The notes under the pieces were generated by a model. That model was not told the origin of the DNA. It saw only the letters and a list, made by a program, of their open reading frames with translations, and made no database searches. Positions 30,577 to 42,222 of a stretch of 64,000 nucleotides of DNA are shown here, in pieces. Every line of letters starts with the position of its first letter. The stretch's first letter is position 1. The position numbers and the translations under genes were made by a program. Origin of the DNA: Phycisphaerales bacterium (GTDB taxonomy: Bacteria; Planctomycetota; Phycisphaerae; Phycisphaerales; UBA1924); the NCBI GenBank assembly GCA_965227775.1, contig OZ245777.1:1664001-1728000 (forward strand), given 5' to 3'.

Positions 30577-30602
30577 AAAAAGCCCGGATCAGGTCCGGGC
30601 TT
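30577..30602 (-). terminator. intrinsic terminator of clpX (possibly bidirectional)
   Basis: AAAAAGCCCGGA-tcagg-TCCGGGCTT between convergent genes. Confidence 0.7.
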
Positions 30603-30622
30603 GCTGCTTGTGTACTTGGCAA

Positions 30623-31945
<1,323 letters not shown>

Positions 31946-32055
31946 GCTCTTCCCACTGCGTCCAATCGGGGGCCCCTCGCCCGCACGTCAGGACTGTATC
32001 GACGCGTCCGATGCCCGTCTGGAAGCAAAAGGACCGGCTTCGTGCGTGTTTTTCT

Positions 32056-32409
32056 CTACCCGTTCTGGCGCGGCTCGGTTTCCCGGCTCGGACGGTCGGC
32101 CTCGGAAACCCGATCGGCGTCCCCGGCGGGCTTCTGGGAGGCCTTCATCTTGTCGATCATCGCTTTTCGGACCTGCTCGAACTCTTCCTGGGACATGTCG
32201 CCCCGGGCCACCATCGCGCGCATCTCCTCCATCGTCGAAAACCCGTTCCGGTCTTCGTCGGCACGTCCGATCATGCGGCGGCGGATGAACAGCAGCGCAA
32301 TCGTGCCGAGCACGACGGCCACGATCAGCGCCCCGATCCAGGCGAGGAACTGGCCGGTATCGCCGCCAGAGTTCGCTTGACCCAGGATGGCCGGCGTACT
32401 CAGGTCCAC
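32056..32409 (-). CDS. small membrane protein with SHOCT-like motif
   Basis: One TM helix, then EEMRAMVARGDMSQEEFEQVR. Confidence 0.7.
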   Translation of the reverse strand: MDLSTPAILGQANSGGDTGQFLAWIGALIVAVVLGTIALLFIRRRMIGRADEDRNGFSTMEEMRAMVARGDMSQEEFEQVRKAMIDKMKASQKPAGDADRVSEADRPSRETEPRQNG

Positions 32410-33188
32410 GTGCTGGTCCCGCCTGAGGCAATGAAGGAGCGAATGGGTTGGACGAGTCGTGGCATGACCGAGCTCTCGATGATGCGCTCGCCGCAGCGGC
32501 CGAGGTCCGAGAACTCAAGCTTCGGTGTCGCGACGTCCTCCAATGGGCCGTGGCGGCGCACGGTGAGATACACGCTGATGGGCTCGCCGTCGAGGCCGTT
32601 GCTGGCGCCGGTCGGCCTGGTCTTCACCTCGAAGTAGGCCTCGCTGCGGTGGGGGATGCTGTCACCGCGGAGCGCGACACCGAGGATGGGTTGGGCGTCG
32701 ATCGGGGCGGCGCCCATGTCTTCGACCAGGCTGGCCAGCGGCGAGCCGCGGAGCAGCGACTCGAACACGATCCGATCGTGATCACCCGCGGCCTCAATAT
32801 CGAAGCCGAAGAGCGTCTCGTAGTAGTCGATGTCCAGTGGGCTGATGCCCAGGTAGTACGGCGCCAGCTCGAGCACGGCGGCGTGGAGCTGGTAGGCCTG
32901 CTCGAACGAGTCCGGATTCACAGCGCCGGCGCGAACGCAGTTGCCACGCACGGCAACCCAGTGCTGCGGCGCAATGCCGGGGGCAGACTCGATCGCCAGT
33001 TCGTTCTGCACGTGGCGGAACGTCTGCAGTGCCGGAAACTCCTTGCGCAGGCGATCGAAGAACTCGACGGTGACCTGCCTGGTCGCGTCGATCTCGCTGT
33101 GGAAGGCCAGCTTGAGGTTGACGTACATGTCCGAGCAGAGCGCTTTGTAGCTTTCGATTTGCTGGCTGTCGATGGGCATGTTGGTCAT
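32400..33188 (-). CDS. hypothetical protein
   Basis: ATG at 33188 after GAAGGA; MTNMPIDSQQIESYKALCSDMYVNLKL...APYYLGISPLDIDY. Confidence 0.75.
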   Translation of the reverse strand: MTNMPIDSQQIESYKALCSDMYVNLKLAFHSEIDATRQVTVEFFDRLRKEFPALQTFRHVQNELAIESAPGIAPQHWVAVRGNCVRAGAVNPDSFEQAYQLHAAVLELAPYYLGISPLDIDYYETLFGFDIEAAGDHDRIVFESLLRGSPLASLVEDMGAAPIDAQPILGVALRGDSIPHRSEAYFEVKTRPTGASNGLDGEPISVYLTVRRHGPLEDVATPKLEFSDLGRCGERIIESSVMPRLVQPIRSFIASGGTSTWT

Positions 33189-33261
33189 TCCTTCGATCCG
33201 ACGTGCGGGCCAAGATGTCGGCGACCCTTCCGGGACGCCTCGCTCCGAGGGCGAGCGCCGA

Positions 33262-33534
33262 TCAGTGGGCGATACGGAAGCCCGTTTCGCCGTCGCGGAC
33301 CGGTTGGTCCTCGTGGCGTGCCTGCGCGATGCGACCTTGCATCGAGCGGGCGAGCGTGTCCAGAAACGCCTGGACGTCGCTGGGCTGGCCCTGGGCCTCA
33401 AGCCAGACGGTGCCGTCGGGCTCGTTGCGGACCAGGCCGGTGACGGGCAGCGGCTCGGCGATGGATCGGGCGGTCGCTCTAAAGCCCACGCCTTGCACCG
33501 TACCGAGATAGCGCACCGCCGTCCGGATCGCCAT
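33262..33534 (-). CDS. acyP: acylphosphatase
   Basis: GTVQGVGFR and GLVRNEPDGTV signatures. Confidence 0.93.
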   Translation of the reverse strand: MAIRTAVRYLGTVQGVGFRATARSIAEPLPVTGLVRNEPDGTVWLEAQGQPSDVQAFLDTLARSMQGRIAQARHEDQPVRDGETGFRIAH

Positions 33535-33650
33535 GATGCAGAGCGTATCCACGTGATCGCACGCGATCCGGGGCGATGGTGCGAGTGGCGCGCGTTTGCG
33601 CGAGATCTTCGGCGTATCGTGACATCGAGAACGCCAAGCAATGGAGTGCC

Positions 33651-35447
33651 ATGAGCGATCGGGCGGACATCGAGCGGGTACTGCAGGCCACCGACATCGT
33701 GCGGGTGGTCCGCGAGCGCGTGGAGTTGCGCGAGAAGGGCCGCGAATGGGTCGGGCTGTGCCCGTTCCATGATGATCGCTCGCCGTCGATGTTCGTCTCG
33801 CCGGCCAAGCAGATCTTCAAGTGCTTTGCGTGTGGCGTAGGTGGGGATGCCCTGTCGTTTGTACAGAAGTACGACGGCGTGGAGTTTCCTGAGGCCCTTC
33901 AGCACCTGGCCGAGGTCTGCGGTGTCGAACTCACGCCCAGGGGGCAGCGGGCGCCATCGGGGCCGGGCCGCAGCGAACGCGCCAGCGCGTTCGAGGCCAA
34001 CTCGATGGCGCAGGAGTACTTCCGCAGGTCATTGGTGGACCCCAAGGCCGGGAAGACGGCCCGCGCCATGATCGAGCGTCGCGGCATCTCGCCCGAGATG
34101 GTCGAGACGTTTGGCATTGGCGCCGCCCCCGAGGGCTGGGACGGGCTGGTGCAGGCGGTCCTGCGGGCCAAGCGGCCGGTCGAAGCGTTCGCGGCGGCGC
34201 AGCTCGTCAAGGCACGGGATCAGGGCGGTGGACATTACGACGTCTTCCGCAATCGGCTGATGTTCCCCATCCATGATCAGGGCGGCCGAGTTATCGCCTT
34301 CGGTGGTCGCCGGCTGAGCGAGGATGACCCAGCCAAGTACCTCAACAGCCCCGAGAGCCCGGTGTTCAAGAAGTCGGGCGTGCTGTATGGGCTCTGGAAG
34401 GCCAATGCCGGCATTCGTCAGGCTGGCTTCTGCATCGTGACCGAGGGCTACACCGACACGATCGCGTGTCACCAGGCAGGCTTTACGAACACCGTGGCGA
34501 CGCTGGGCACGGCGTTTACGCCCGAGCACGCCGCGCTGCTGCGGCGGTTGTGCAATCGCGTGGTGCTGCTGTTCGACGGCGACGAAGCCGGCCTGACCGC
34601 GGCTGATCGCGCCGTGGGTGTGTTGTTTGCTGAGCCGCTGGACGTGCAGATCGCGATCCTTGGGCAGGGCGAGAACGCCAAGGACCCCGACGAGTTGCTG
34701 AAGCAAGAGGGCGGGAAGGAACGCTTCGCCGCCATGGTGCGCTCCGCGGCGGACTTGCTTTCGTTCCGGTTTGAGCGGCTCAAGGCGCGGCTGGAGGGGC
34801 TGGGGCGCTCCGCCTTGCTCAAGGGTGTAGAGGACGAGGTCCGCTGGCTCGGTGAGCACGGGCTTCGCCAGATCGAGCCAGCGCGCCAAGACCAGATTCT
34901 CGCGCAGCTGGGCAACTTGAGCGGGCTCGACCAGTATCGCTTGCGGGAGTTGGCCCTGAGCGCGCCGCGGCGGGCTCGCGCCGCTGCGGACGGCCCGCGC
35001 GAGGGTGGGGAGCCGGCCCAGTTGTCGGCGGCCGATCGACTCGTGGGCGTCGTGCTGCTGGAACCGAAGGCGTGGGGGCTGCTGAGTGAGGACGATGCCA
35101 TCACGCTTCGAGACGCCGTGGCCGGTGGGCCGAGCGAGCCGGTTGCCGCGGCGGTCGATCACCTGGCCGCCGAGGGCGAGTCGATCACCATGGCCGCCCT
35201 TCGGGGCGAGCTCCCCGAGCAGTCGTTCCAATGGGCGAGCACACTGGTCGCCTGGGCAGAGCGGGAGGCTACATCGCCCGCCGAGGGAGACGCGGAAGGC
35301 ATCCCGGCGCTGGTGGGCGGGCTCATGCGGCAGGTGCTCGGGCGGCAGACGAGCCAGGAAGTGGATCCGTTCGAGCGCATCAGGGCCCGCCGGGAGCAAT
35401 TGGCACGCTTCCAGAACGATCCGGGACGCATCGCGAGGCCCTCGTAG
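33651..35447 (+). CDS. dnaG: DNA primase
   Basis: GLCPFHDD..PS, FKCFACG, FRNRLMFPI, KYLNSPES, EGYTD, LFDGDEAG, KDPDE. Confidence 0.97.
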   Translation: MSDRADIERVLQATDIVRVVRERVELREKGREWVGLCPFHDDRSPSMFVSPAKQIFKCFACGVGGDALSFVQKYDGVEFPEALQHLAEVCGVELTPRGQRAPSGPGRSERASAFEANSMAQEYFRRSLVDPKAGKTARAMIERRGISPEMVETFGIGAAPEGWDGLVQAVLRAKRPVEAFAAAQLVKARDQGGGHYDVFRNRLMFPIHDQGGRVIAFGGRRLSEDDPAKYLNSPESPVFKKSGVLYGLWKANAGIRQAGFCIVTEGYTDTIACHQAGFTNTVATLGTAFTPEHAALLRRLCNRVVLLFDGDEAGLTAADRAVGVLFAEPLDVQIAILGQGENAKDPDELLKQEGGKERFAAMVRSAADLLSFRFERLKARLEGLGRSALLKGVEDEVRWLGEHGLRQIEPARQDQILAQLGNLSGLDQYRLRELALSAPRRARAAADGPREGGEPAQLSAADRLVGVVLLEPKAWGLLSEDDAITLRDAVAGGPSEPVAAAVDHLAAEGESITMAALRGELPEQSFQWASTLVAWAEREATSPAEGDAEGIPALVGGLMRQVLGRQTSQEVDPFERIRARREQLARFQNDPGRIARPS

Positions 35448-35579
35448 CAGGTTCTCGGGCTCGGGCCGCAAGGGTCTGGGTCGAATAGAGTTGCATCCAG
35501 CGATGGCAAAGATTGGACGAGCGGGGTCTCTTCCCGCGGCGAGCAATGGAGGATGGGGCCGCCCGGGCCCAGATGTGCG

Positions 35580-37286
35580 ATGAGCGGACTGCCTCCTTCC
35601 ATCACTGGGATGCTGGAGACGGCGGCCACCCGGCGATGGCTGAGCTTTGAGGAGATCAACGAGGCGGCCCCGGATGACTGGGTCGACCCTCGTTCGTTGC
35701 ACGTGCTGCTTGCCCGCATCGATGACCTGGGCGTCGAGCTGCTCGACGAGCCCACATATCGGGCCCGCACGCGGCACACGAAGGGCGAGAAAGACCGATC
35801 GAACGATCGGCGCGTGGAAGCGCCCGAGGCCGAGGAGTCGACTGAGGCAATCGTCGCGGACCGATCGGTTGAAGACCCAATCCGCAGCTATCTGGCGCAG
35901 ATGGGATCGATCCCGCTTCTGACGCGCGATGGCGAGACGCGCCTTGCCAAGAAGATCGAGCTGACCCGGATCGTGTTTCGCAGGCGTTGCCTGCAGAGCG
36001 ATTACGTCGCGGCGCAAGCGGTGGACTTGCTGCGGCAGGTGCAGTCTCGCAAGCTGCCGTTCGACCGCACGCTCCGGGTCTCGACAATCACGCCCGAGGC
36101 CAAGGAGCGGCTGGCGCGGCGTTTGCCGTCGAGCCTGCCCACCATCGAGGCGATGCTCTCGCGCAATCGGCTGGAGTGGGCGCGGGCGGAGCGTGTGTAT
36201 CGCGAGGGGCGCGGCGAGGATGGCCGGCTGACGCCCCGGGCGGTCCAGGAACTCGCGGCGATCGAGCGATCGCTCGCGGCGCGGCGTCGGCGCGTGTCGG
36301 CACTGATCGAAGAGCTGGAGCTGCGAACGAGCCGGCTCGTGCCGATCCTGCGCAAGCTGCGGGCGATCTCCGCGAAGATGCGCGAGATCGAGGCGATGCT
36401 GGCCGAGCACCACGAGACCAACGGATCGACGGAAGCGTTCGACGAGGATGATCGCCAGGTCATGCGCGAGGAGCTTGAGGGCTTGCGCGGGCTGGTGCTC
36501 GAGACGCCTGAGTCGCTCGCCCGTCGCGTGGCCGAGTTGAACTGCGTGTTCTGGGAGTACGAGCAGGCCAAGCGGGATCTGTCGGGCGCCAACCTCCGGC
36601 TCGTGGTGTCGATTGCCAAGAAGTACCGCAATCGCGGTCTTGGTTTCCTCGATGTCATCCAGGAGGGGAACACCGGGCTCTTGCGCGCGGTGGACAAGTA
36701 CGAGTACAAGCGCGGCTACAAGTTCAGCACGTACGCGACGTGGTGGATCCGCCAGGCGATCACGCGGGCGCTTGCCGATCACGCGCGAACGATCCGGCTG
36801 CCGGTGCACATGATCGACACGATGAGCAAGATCCGGGCGATCCAGCGCCGGCACATCCAGGAGCACGGGCAGGAGCCGACGGACGAGCAGATCGCCGAGG
36901 TGGCAGGGTGCACCGCCGCCGAGGTGCGCAAGGTGATGAACTTGTCCCGGAGCCCGGCCTCGCTCGACAAGCAGGTGGGCGACGACGATGGCTCGATGGT
37001 CGAGGTGCTCGAGGATGCACGGCACGGTGAGCCTTCGGACGGCATGGTCCAGGAGATGCTGCGCGAGAAGCTCGAGCAGGTACTGCGGACGCTGAGCTAC
37101 CGCGAGCGCGAGATCATCAAGCTGCGATACGGCATCGGCGATGGATATACGTACACGCTCGAGGAAGTGGGGCGTATCTTCAAGGTGACGCGCGAGCGGG
37201 TGCGGCAAGTGGAGACCAAGGCGCTGCGGAAGCTGCAGCACCCGCTGCGGTCACGCCGGCTCGAGGGTTTTGTCGACCGGGCGTGA
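35580..37286 (+). CDS. rpoD: RpoD-family sigma-70 factor
   Basis: [58 protein letters not shown]; follows dnaG. Confidence 0.92.
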   Translation: MSGLPPSITGMLETAATRRWLSFEEINEAAPDDWVDPRSLHVLLARIDDLGVELLDEPTYRARTRHTKGEKDRSNDRRVEAPEAEESTEAIVADRSVEDPIRSYLAQMGSIPLLTRDGETRLAKKIELTRIVFRRRCLQSDYVAAQAVDLLRQVQSRKLPFDRTLRVSTITPEAKERLARRLPSSLPTIEAMLSRNRLEWARAERVYREGRGEDGRLTPRAVQELAAIERSLAARRRRVSALIEELELRTSRLVPILRKLRAISAKMREIEAMLAEHHETNGSTEAFDEDDRQVMREELEGLRGLVLETPESLARRVAELNCVFWEYEQAKRDLSGANLRLVVSIAKKYRNRGLGFLDVIQEGNTGLLRAVDKYEYKRGYKFSTYATWWIRQAITRALADHARTIRLPVHMIDTMSKIRAIQRRHIQEHGQEPTDEQIAEVAGCTAAEVRKVMNLSRSPASLDKQVGDDDGSMVEVLEDARHGEPSDGMVQEMLREKLEQVLRTLSYREREIIKLRYGIGDGYTYTLEEVGRIFKVTRERVRQVETKALRKLQHPLRSRRLEGFVDRA

Positions 37287-38945
37287 GGCCTTGGCCTTGA
37301 TCACTTCTTCGTAGATCGACTGCACCTCGGCGAGATGGGCGGGGTAGCTGGTCAGGTGCGGCGTGATGTCGTGGATGGTTTTGGCGCTTGGGATCGCGAC
37401 ATCGCCGCGCACGAGGCTGGCGATGCGATCGGCGAGCGCGGTGGCGTCGCCCGATGGAAACAGAAGGCCGTTCGTGACGCCGTCTTGCTCGACGATCCAC
37501 TCGGGCGGGCCACCCAGGTGGCTGGTGACGACGAGTTTGCCGGCGTGCAGGTGCTCGAGCAGCACCAGCGGCGAGTTTTCCATCCAGATATGGGGGAGCA
37601 GGCCGACGTCGTATTCGGCGACGGATGCGGCACGCTGCATGAGGTCGTACGCCCCGGCGAACTGGACCTGGGGGTAGCCGCTCAGCAGCTTGCGGAACGC
37701 CCAGTCTCCGCCCGAGGCGCGGATGTGGAACAGGCAGCGGCGGCGGATGTCGGCGGGTAGCAGCACGATGGCGTCGGCCAGCACGCGCAGGCCCTTGTTT
37801 GGGCGCACGGTGCCGAAGAAGGCAAGGCGCAGCGGGCGGTTGGCATCGGGCGTCCAGGGTGATTGGTCGTAGCCGGGCAGCGCGATCGCGGCTCGGTGCA
37901 TGCGGTCGAAGTGGGGCTGGCCCAGGCGCACCGTGCGGCGCATTGCCGGGTCGAGGCCCATCGACTCGTGCACGCGGCCCAGGAAGTCGCTCGGCGGCGT
38001 GACGACGCTGGCGGCGTTGAGCGCGGCGATGCCGTCCTGGCGGCGACGACCATAGTCATTGAGGACGTTGAGGTGCAGGTCGCGGTTCGCGAGCATGCGC
38101 TCGTTGGTGTCTTCGGGCAGGATCGGTGCGGGCTTGGGGAGTTCGCGGGGCTCGGCGCGAACGCCGTACGTGCTCTGATCTCCCTCGGCGTCGCGCGCAT
38201 TCTCGATGGCGCCGTTGTCGTAGCCGAGGTAGCGGAGTTCGTCGACGGGCGCGGGCTCGCTTCCCCCGACGCGGCGCGTGTGGGCGATGGACTTGGCCGA
38301 GGCGCGCGCGTGGCCGGTGATGGCATGCCCGACAAGGCCCTGGGCTGCCTGGCCGAGGCGACGCTTGAGGCGGCGCTTCGTCGGATCCGGCGCTTCGAGG
38401 CAGGTCGCGCAGCGATTGCCACCGTCATAGTCAAGGCAGACCTCGTGCTCGCGGTGGAGCAGATCGACCTGCGGGCAGGCGTAGGCGTAGTTGTGCGTTG
38501 TCGCGACGACGGGGATGCCGGCGGCCTCGACCTCCGGTATCAGGTCGAGGCTGAGCCCTTCGAGCGTGTGGATGTGGGCGACGTCGGCGCCAATCTCCTT
38601 GAGCCAATTCAATACAAGTCTGGTCGTGCGCACGCACCGGCGCTCGGTGCTGACGTTGCGCAGGTTGATGGCCGAGGGTGCGAGGTTTGGGCTGTTGACG
38701 AGCTCGAAGTTTCGGATGCCCTTCCAAGGCTTGATCTCGCGGACGTAGGGGCCCGGACGCAGGTCGTAGCGCAGGCCCGAGCCCAGGTAGTGCACGCGGT
38801 GGCCGAGCTGGGCGAGGCCGATCGCGAGCTCGGACGCGTTGAGGTTGTATCCCGAGCCTTCCTCAGCCTGGCGGCTGAGGGTGGCCCAGCCCATGAGCGC
38901 GATGGTGCGGGGCTGATCGGCTTGGGGCGGGGGAGCGACCGTCAT
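37251..38945 (-). CDS. glycosyltransferase family 4
   Basis: [40 protein letters not shown]. 3' end overlaps rpoD by 36 nt. Confidence 0.85.
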   Translation of the reverse strand: MTVAPPPQADQPRTIALMGWATLSRQAEEGSGYNLNASELAIGLAQLGHRVHYLGSGLRYDLRPGPYVREIKPWKGIRNFELVNSPNLAPSAINLRNVSTERRCVRTTRLVLNWLKEIGADVAHIHTLEGLSLDLIPEVEAAGIPVVATTHNYAYACPQVDLLHREHEVCLDYDGGNRCATCLEAPDPTKRRLKRRLGQAAQGLVGHAITGHARASAKSIAHTRRVGGSEPAPVDELRYLGYDNGAIENARDAEGDQSTYGVRAEPRELPKPAPILPEDTNERMLANRDLHLNVLNDYGRRRQDGIAALNAASVVTPPSDFLGRVHESMGLDPAMRRTVRLGQPHFDRMHRAAIALPGYDQSPWTPDANRPLRLAFFGTVRPNKGLRVLADAIVLLPADIRRRCLFHIRASGGDWAFRKLLSGYPQVQFAGAYDLMQRAASVAEYDVGLLPHIWMENSPLVLLEHLHAGKLVVTSHLGGPPEWIVEQDGVTNGLLFPSGDATALADRIASLVRGDVAIPSAKTIHDITPHLTSYPAHLAEVQSIYEEVIKAKASRPVDKTLEPA

Positions 38946-40561
38946 CCGAAGGGTGCCGATGGTGCTTGGGGCGCGTTGCGGAGGGCGTACCACGCGGCGC
39001 GGACGGCGGTGGTAGACCATCGCGCCAAAAAGACGAGGCGCGAGGCGACTCGGTCGTGCTCGGCCTGACACTGATCGGGGTTGCGGTGATCGACGTGCAG
39101 CGTGACGGGGCATCGCGCGAGCGGGAAGTCGTTCGTGTTGTTGAGCACGACACACGCGTCGGGCGGGTTGGTGAGCAGTGGGAGCTGCCGGTAGATGCGC
39201 GAGCGCATAGTTGGGGCGTAGGTCACATCGCCGCTGCCCGCATCGCTGCGTGTGACGTTCACGAAGATTGGTGCGCGGGTGCCGAGATGCGCTCGCAGGC
39301 TCGCCTTGATGGTTCGTGCGAGCTCGATCTGGTCGGCGGTCATGCACATGAACGCGATGCGGGCGTCGGGGCGGTCGAGGTGCAGCTGTGTAATGGCGCT
39401 CGCGATCGGCTCGTGGGCGGGTTCGGTGGCGTCGAGCTTGCCGGCTCGATTGATCATCGCGTCGAGGGCGGTACGGCGGAGGATTTCGGCGTGGAAGCGC
39501 CGGCGTCGCAGGCCGGCGGCGAGGCTGGCGCGCAGGACCGACACCATCCACCGGGCGGTGCTCGCGCGGAGTGCGGCACCCTTGAGGCCCTTGCGCATGG
39601 TCCAGATGGCGTTGCGCTGCGCGTAATACAGGCGTGTGGGTGTGAGTTTCTGGAACCAGGGCGTGTGGAAGACCACGGCGTCGAGGTCGCACACGACCTT
39701 GTGACCCGCGCGGCCGACGCGTAGGCACCAATCGGCATCGTCGCAGTAGATGAAGTAGCGGCTGTCCCAGTAGCCGACCTCCTGCACGACCGACCAGCGG
39801 GCGAGCATGCTGCAGGCCGATACGACGTCGACCTCACGCACGCCGGTGAAGCGGCGGACGCCGCGGCTGTCGCCGACGTCGGCGATCCAGTCGTTGTGGT
39901 CTGGCTCCAAGCGGTGGCCGGCGTGGGGCGCCTCGGCCATTCGGCCCTGGTGGGGGTCGTAGTAGATGGTGGTCTCGTAGGTGGTGCGGCGGTCGGCGAT
40001 GTCGACGGCCCGCGAGCCGATGAGGCCGGCGTCTGGATCTTCTCCGGCCGTGCGGAGGAGAGAGGCGAGTGCGTTGGAATCGGCGACGGCGTCGTCATCG
40101 AGCAGCCAGAGGAAGTCGATGTTGTCGTCGCGGCCGAGGATCTGGTCGACGGCCTGGAAGCCCGTGTTGAAGCCGCCGGTGCCGCCAAGGTTCGCCGCAT
40201 TTCGCACGAGGGTGACGCTTGCGAACCCAGCGGAGTTCGTGGCATCGGTGTGCTGCGCGTTGAATGCTGGTTCGTCGGCTCGCTCGGTGTCATTGTGGAC
40301 GATGCGTTCTGGCTGAAGCCACGCGCCCAGCGTATCGGTCGTGCCGTCGGTGGAGGCGTTGTCGACGACGACCAGGTGGAGTGAGCCGAGGTCGATGGCC
40401 TTTTGAACGAGCACGGACTCGATCGCTCGGCGGACCTCGCTCGCGCGATTCCAGGTGACCATGACCACAGCGAGCGTCGGCGTCGCTCGGGGAGCGATCT
40501 GCGCGGCGGCAGCGGGCCGGCGATGGTGTGCCTGTGAGGATGCGTGGGCGTGCTGGGTCAA
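38942..40561 (-). CDS. glycosyltransferase family 2
   Basis: VMVTWN, VVVDNASTDGT, NLGGTGGFN.G, WLLDDDA, YFIYCDDADWCLR. TTG start inferred. Confidence 0.88.
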   Translation of the reverse strand: MTQHAHASSQAHHRRPAAAAQIAPRATPTLAVVMVTWNRASEVRRAIESVLVQKAIDLGSLHLVVVDNASTDGTTDTLGAWLQPERIVHNDTERADEPAFNAQHTDATNSAGFASVTLVRNAANLGGTGGFNTGFQAVDQILGRDDNIDFLWLLDDDAVADSNALASLLRTAGEDPDAGLIGSRAVDIADRRTTYETTIYYDPHQGRMAEAPHAGHRLEPDHNDWIADVGDSRGVRRFTGVREVDVVSACSMLARWSVVQEVGYWDSRYFIYCDDADWCLRVGRAGHKVVCDLDAVVFHTPWFQKLTPTRLYYAQRNAIWTMRKGLKGAALRASTARWMVSVLRASLAAGLRRRRFHAEILRRTALDAMINRAGKLDATEPAHEPIASAITQLHLDRPDARIAFMCMTADQIELARTIKASLRAHLGTRAPIFVNVTRSDAGSGDVTYAPTMRSRIYRQLPLLTNPPDACVVLNNTNDFPLARCPVTLHVDHRNPDQCQAEHDRVASRLVFLARWSTTAVRAAWYALRNAPQAPSAPFG

Positions 40562-40616
40562 CGTTCGAGTACGGTGGGGGCTGGGGCCGGTTGTGGTTCG
40601 GGTGCGGCCGTTGGGG

Positions 40617-42191
40617 TCACGATACGCCTCCCGCGTAAACCGGCTCCATTTCCTGGGCGTGCTCAACCATGGTTTTGGGATGGCGGACGTTCGATCGCAT
40701 GCGGGCGACAAGGGTGGGGTCTTGCACGCAGCGGGCGATCGCGGCGGCGAGGGCGAAGCGGTCGTTGCCGGTGAAGAGCAGGCCGTTGTGTTTGTGGCGG
40801 ATGAAGTCGGGGATGCCGCCGGCCTCGGCCCCGATGATGGGAAGACCGTTGGCCTGCATTTCCATGACGGTTTGGGGCCCGTTGTCCCACCACACGCTGG
40901 GGACGACACCGACGTCCTGTCCGCCGCACATCCAGGGCAGGTCTTGCGGGCCGTATTCGTAGCCAAAGCGCAGGCATGCCAGGCGGGGCTCGAGACGGCG
41001 GAAGCGGTATTCGATCGTCTTGCCGCCGGCGGCGAAGACCGAGAGTGCGATGTGCCGGAGCACGTCGGGCGTGGTCATCTCCAACGCGTCGGCGAGCATC
41101 GACAGGCCCTTGTACCAGTGGTTGACGCCGACGAACACGAGGCGCAGCGGTCGCGAATCGAGCGTCGTCCTTGGCGGCGGATCAAAAGCGAGCTCGGCGT
41201 TGTGCTCGCGTAGGTGGTTTGCGATGGTGCCGATGGTGATGGTCTTGACGCGAGCCTTCTCGACGCCGTGGGCGATGAACTTGTCCGCGACGAAGCTGGA
41301 GACGGCGTGGACGGTGTCGCACTTATTGAGCTGCTCGATGAACGCTCCGCGGCGCGCGCTGTAGTCGGTGGGTGTGCCGTTGTGCAGCGGTTCGGCGCGC
41401 GGGACGTTGTCGAAGGGCTGCCAGGTCTCGTCTTCGGGCATGCACCAGCGGCGGGGCTCGTGCCAGGAGCGGCGCAGGGCGCTCGAGCCGCGCGGATCGT
41501 CTGCGGGGTCGATTGCCCGGGGCCGTTCGCCGAGTTCGACGGGCAGCACGGGGAGCGAGACCGCTGGGGTCGGGCCGGGGTTGGCGTCGAAGGGGGGAGG
41601 CTCGCCGGGGTGGGCCTCGGCGCGGCGGGTGCGCTCGCGCTGCGGGTCGGGCGCGGGCACGCAGCCCTCGCAAGCACGGCCGCCGTCGTAGTCGGTGCAG
41701 ATCGTGCGGTGTCCCTGCATCAGGTATACCTGTGGGCAGAGCGCGTGGTAATTGTGCAGGCTGTAGACGACGCGGCAGCCCGAGCGACGTGCGATGTCGA
41801 GGCAGCCGAGGCTGAAGCCTTCGAGTGATTGGACGTGGAGGACGTCGGGACGCGCGTCCTTCATGATCTGCTCGAAGACGCGTTCGAGTTCGGGCGAGGC
41901 GACCTCGGCCGAGGGCTCATTAAACTGCAAGAGGCTGGGCGCGAGGACGGGGCTGTTGACGATCTCGTAGGCGCCGATGCCAAACCAGTCGGGGTGTCGC
42001 TTGGCGGCGCAGGGACCGGGCTTGCCGGGCTTCTTTGGCTTCACGGGTGCGTACATGGTGCCGCTGGCGACGGTGGTGACGTGGTGGCCGCGGGCGGTTA
42101 GTTCGAGGGCAAGGGCCTGCATGTAGCCGGCGATGCCGCCCTTGCGGGCGCCGTGGAAGACCAGCGGCCAGTTGAGCATGCAGATCCGCAC
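40617..42191 (-). CDS. glycosyltransferase family 4
   Basis: PDVLHVQ, LHNYHALCPQ, FVG....KG, PSVWWDNGPQTVME, GGIPDFI.H..NGLLF. Confidence 0.87.
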   Translation of the reverse strand: MRICMLNWPLVFHGARKGGIAGYMQALALELTARGHHVTTVASGTMYAPVKPKKPGKPGPCAAKRHPDWFGIGAYEIVNSPVLAPSLLQFNEPSAEVASPELERVFEQIMKDARPDVLHVQSLEGFSLGCLDIARRSGCRVVYSLHNYHALCPQVYLMQGHRTICTDYDGGRACEGCVPAPDPQRERTRRAEAHPGEPPPFDANPGPTPAVSLPVLPVELGERPRAIDPADDPRGSSALRRSWHEPRRWCMPEDETWQPFDNVPRAEPLHNGTPTDYSARRGAFIEQLNKCDTVHAVSSFVADKFIAHGVEKARVKTITIGTIANHLREHNAELAFDPPPRTTLDSRPLRLVFVGVNHWYKGLSMLADALEMTTPDVLRHIALSVFAAGGKTIEYRFRRLEPRLACLRFGYEYGPQDLPWMCGGQDVGVVPSVWWDNGPQTVMEMQANGLPIIGAEAGGIPDFIRHKHNGLLFTGNDRFALAAAIARCVQDPTLVARMRSNVRHPKTMVEHAQEMEPVYAGGVS

Positions 42192-42222
42192 GGTCGAGGG
42201 TAGGTGCGCGTTCGTGCTGTGC

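Noticed and set aside
34029..37241. 1070-aa antisense ORF, plus other long shadow ORFs (17824-19602, 27559-29763, 48022-50160)
   Set aside because: They lie opposite well-supported genes and have no motifs; long stop-free antisense frames are expected in high-GC coding DNA.
37251..37286. 36-nt convergent overlap of rpoD and GT4 as an antisense control
   Set aside because: Short 3' overlaps are common in compact high-GC genomes; no further evidence.
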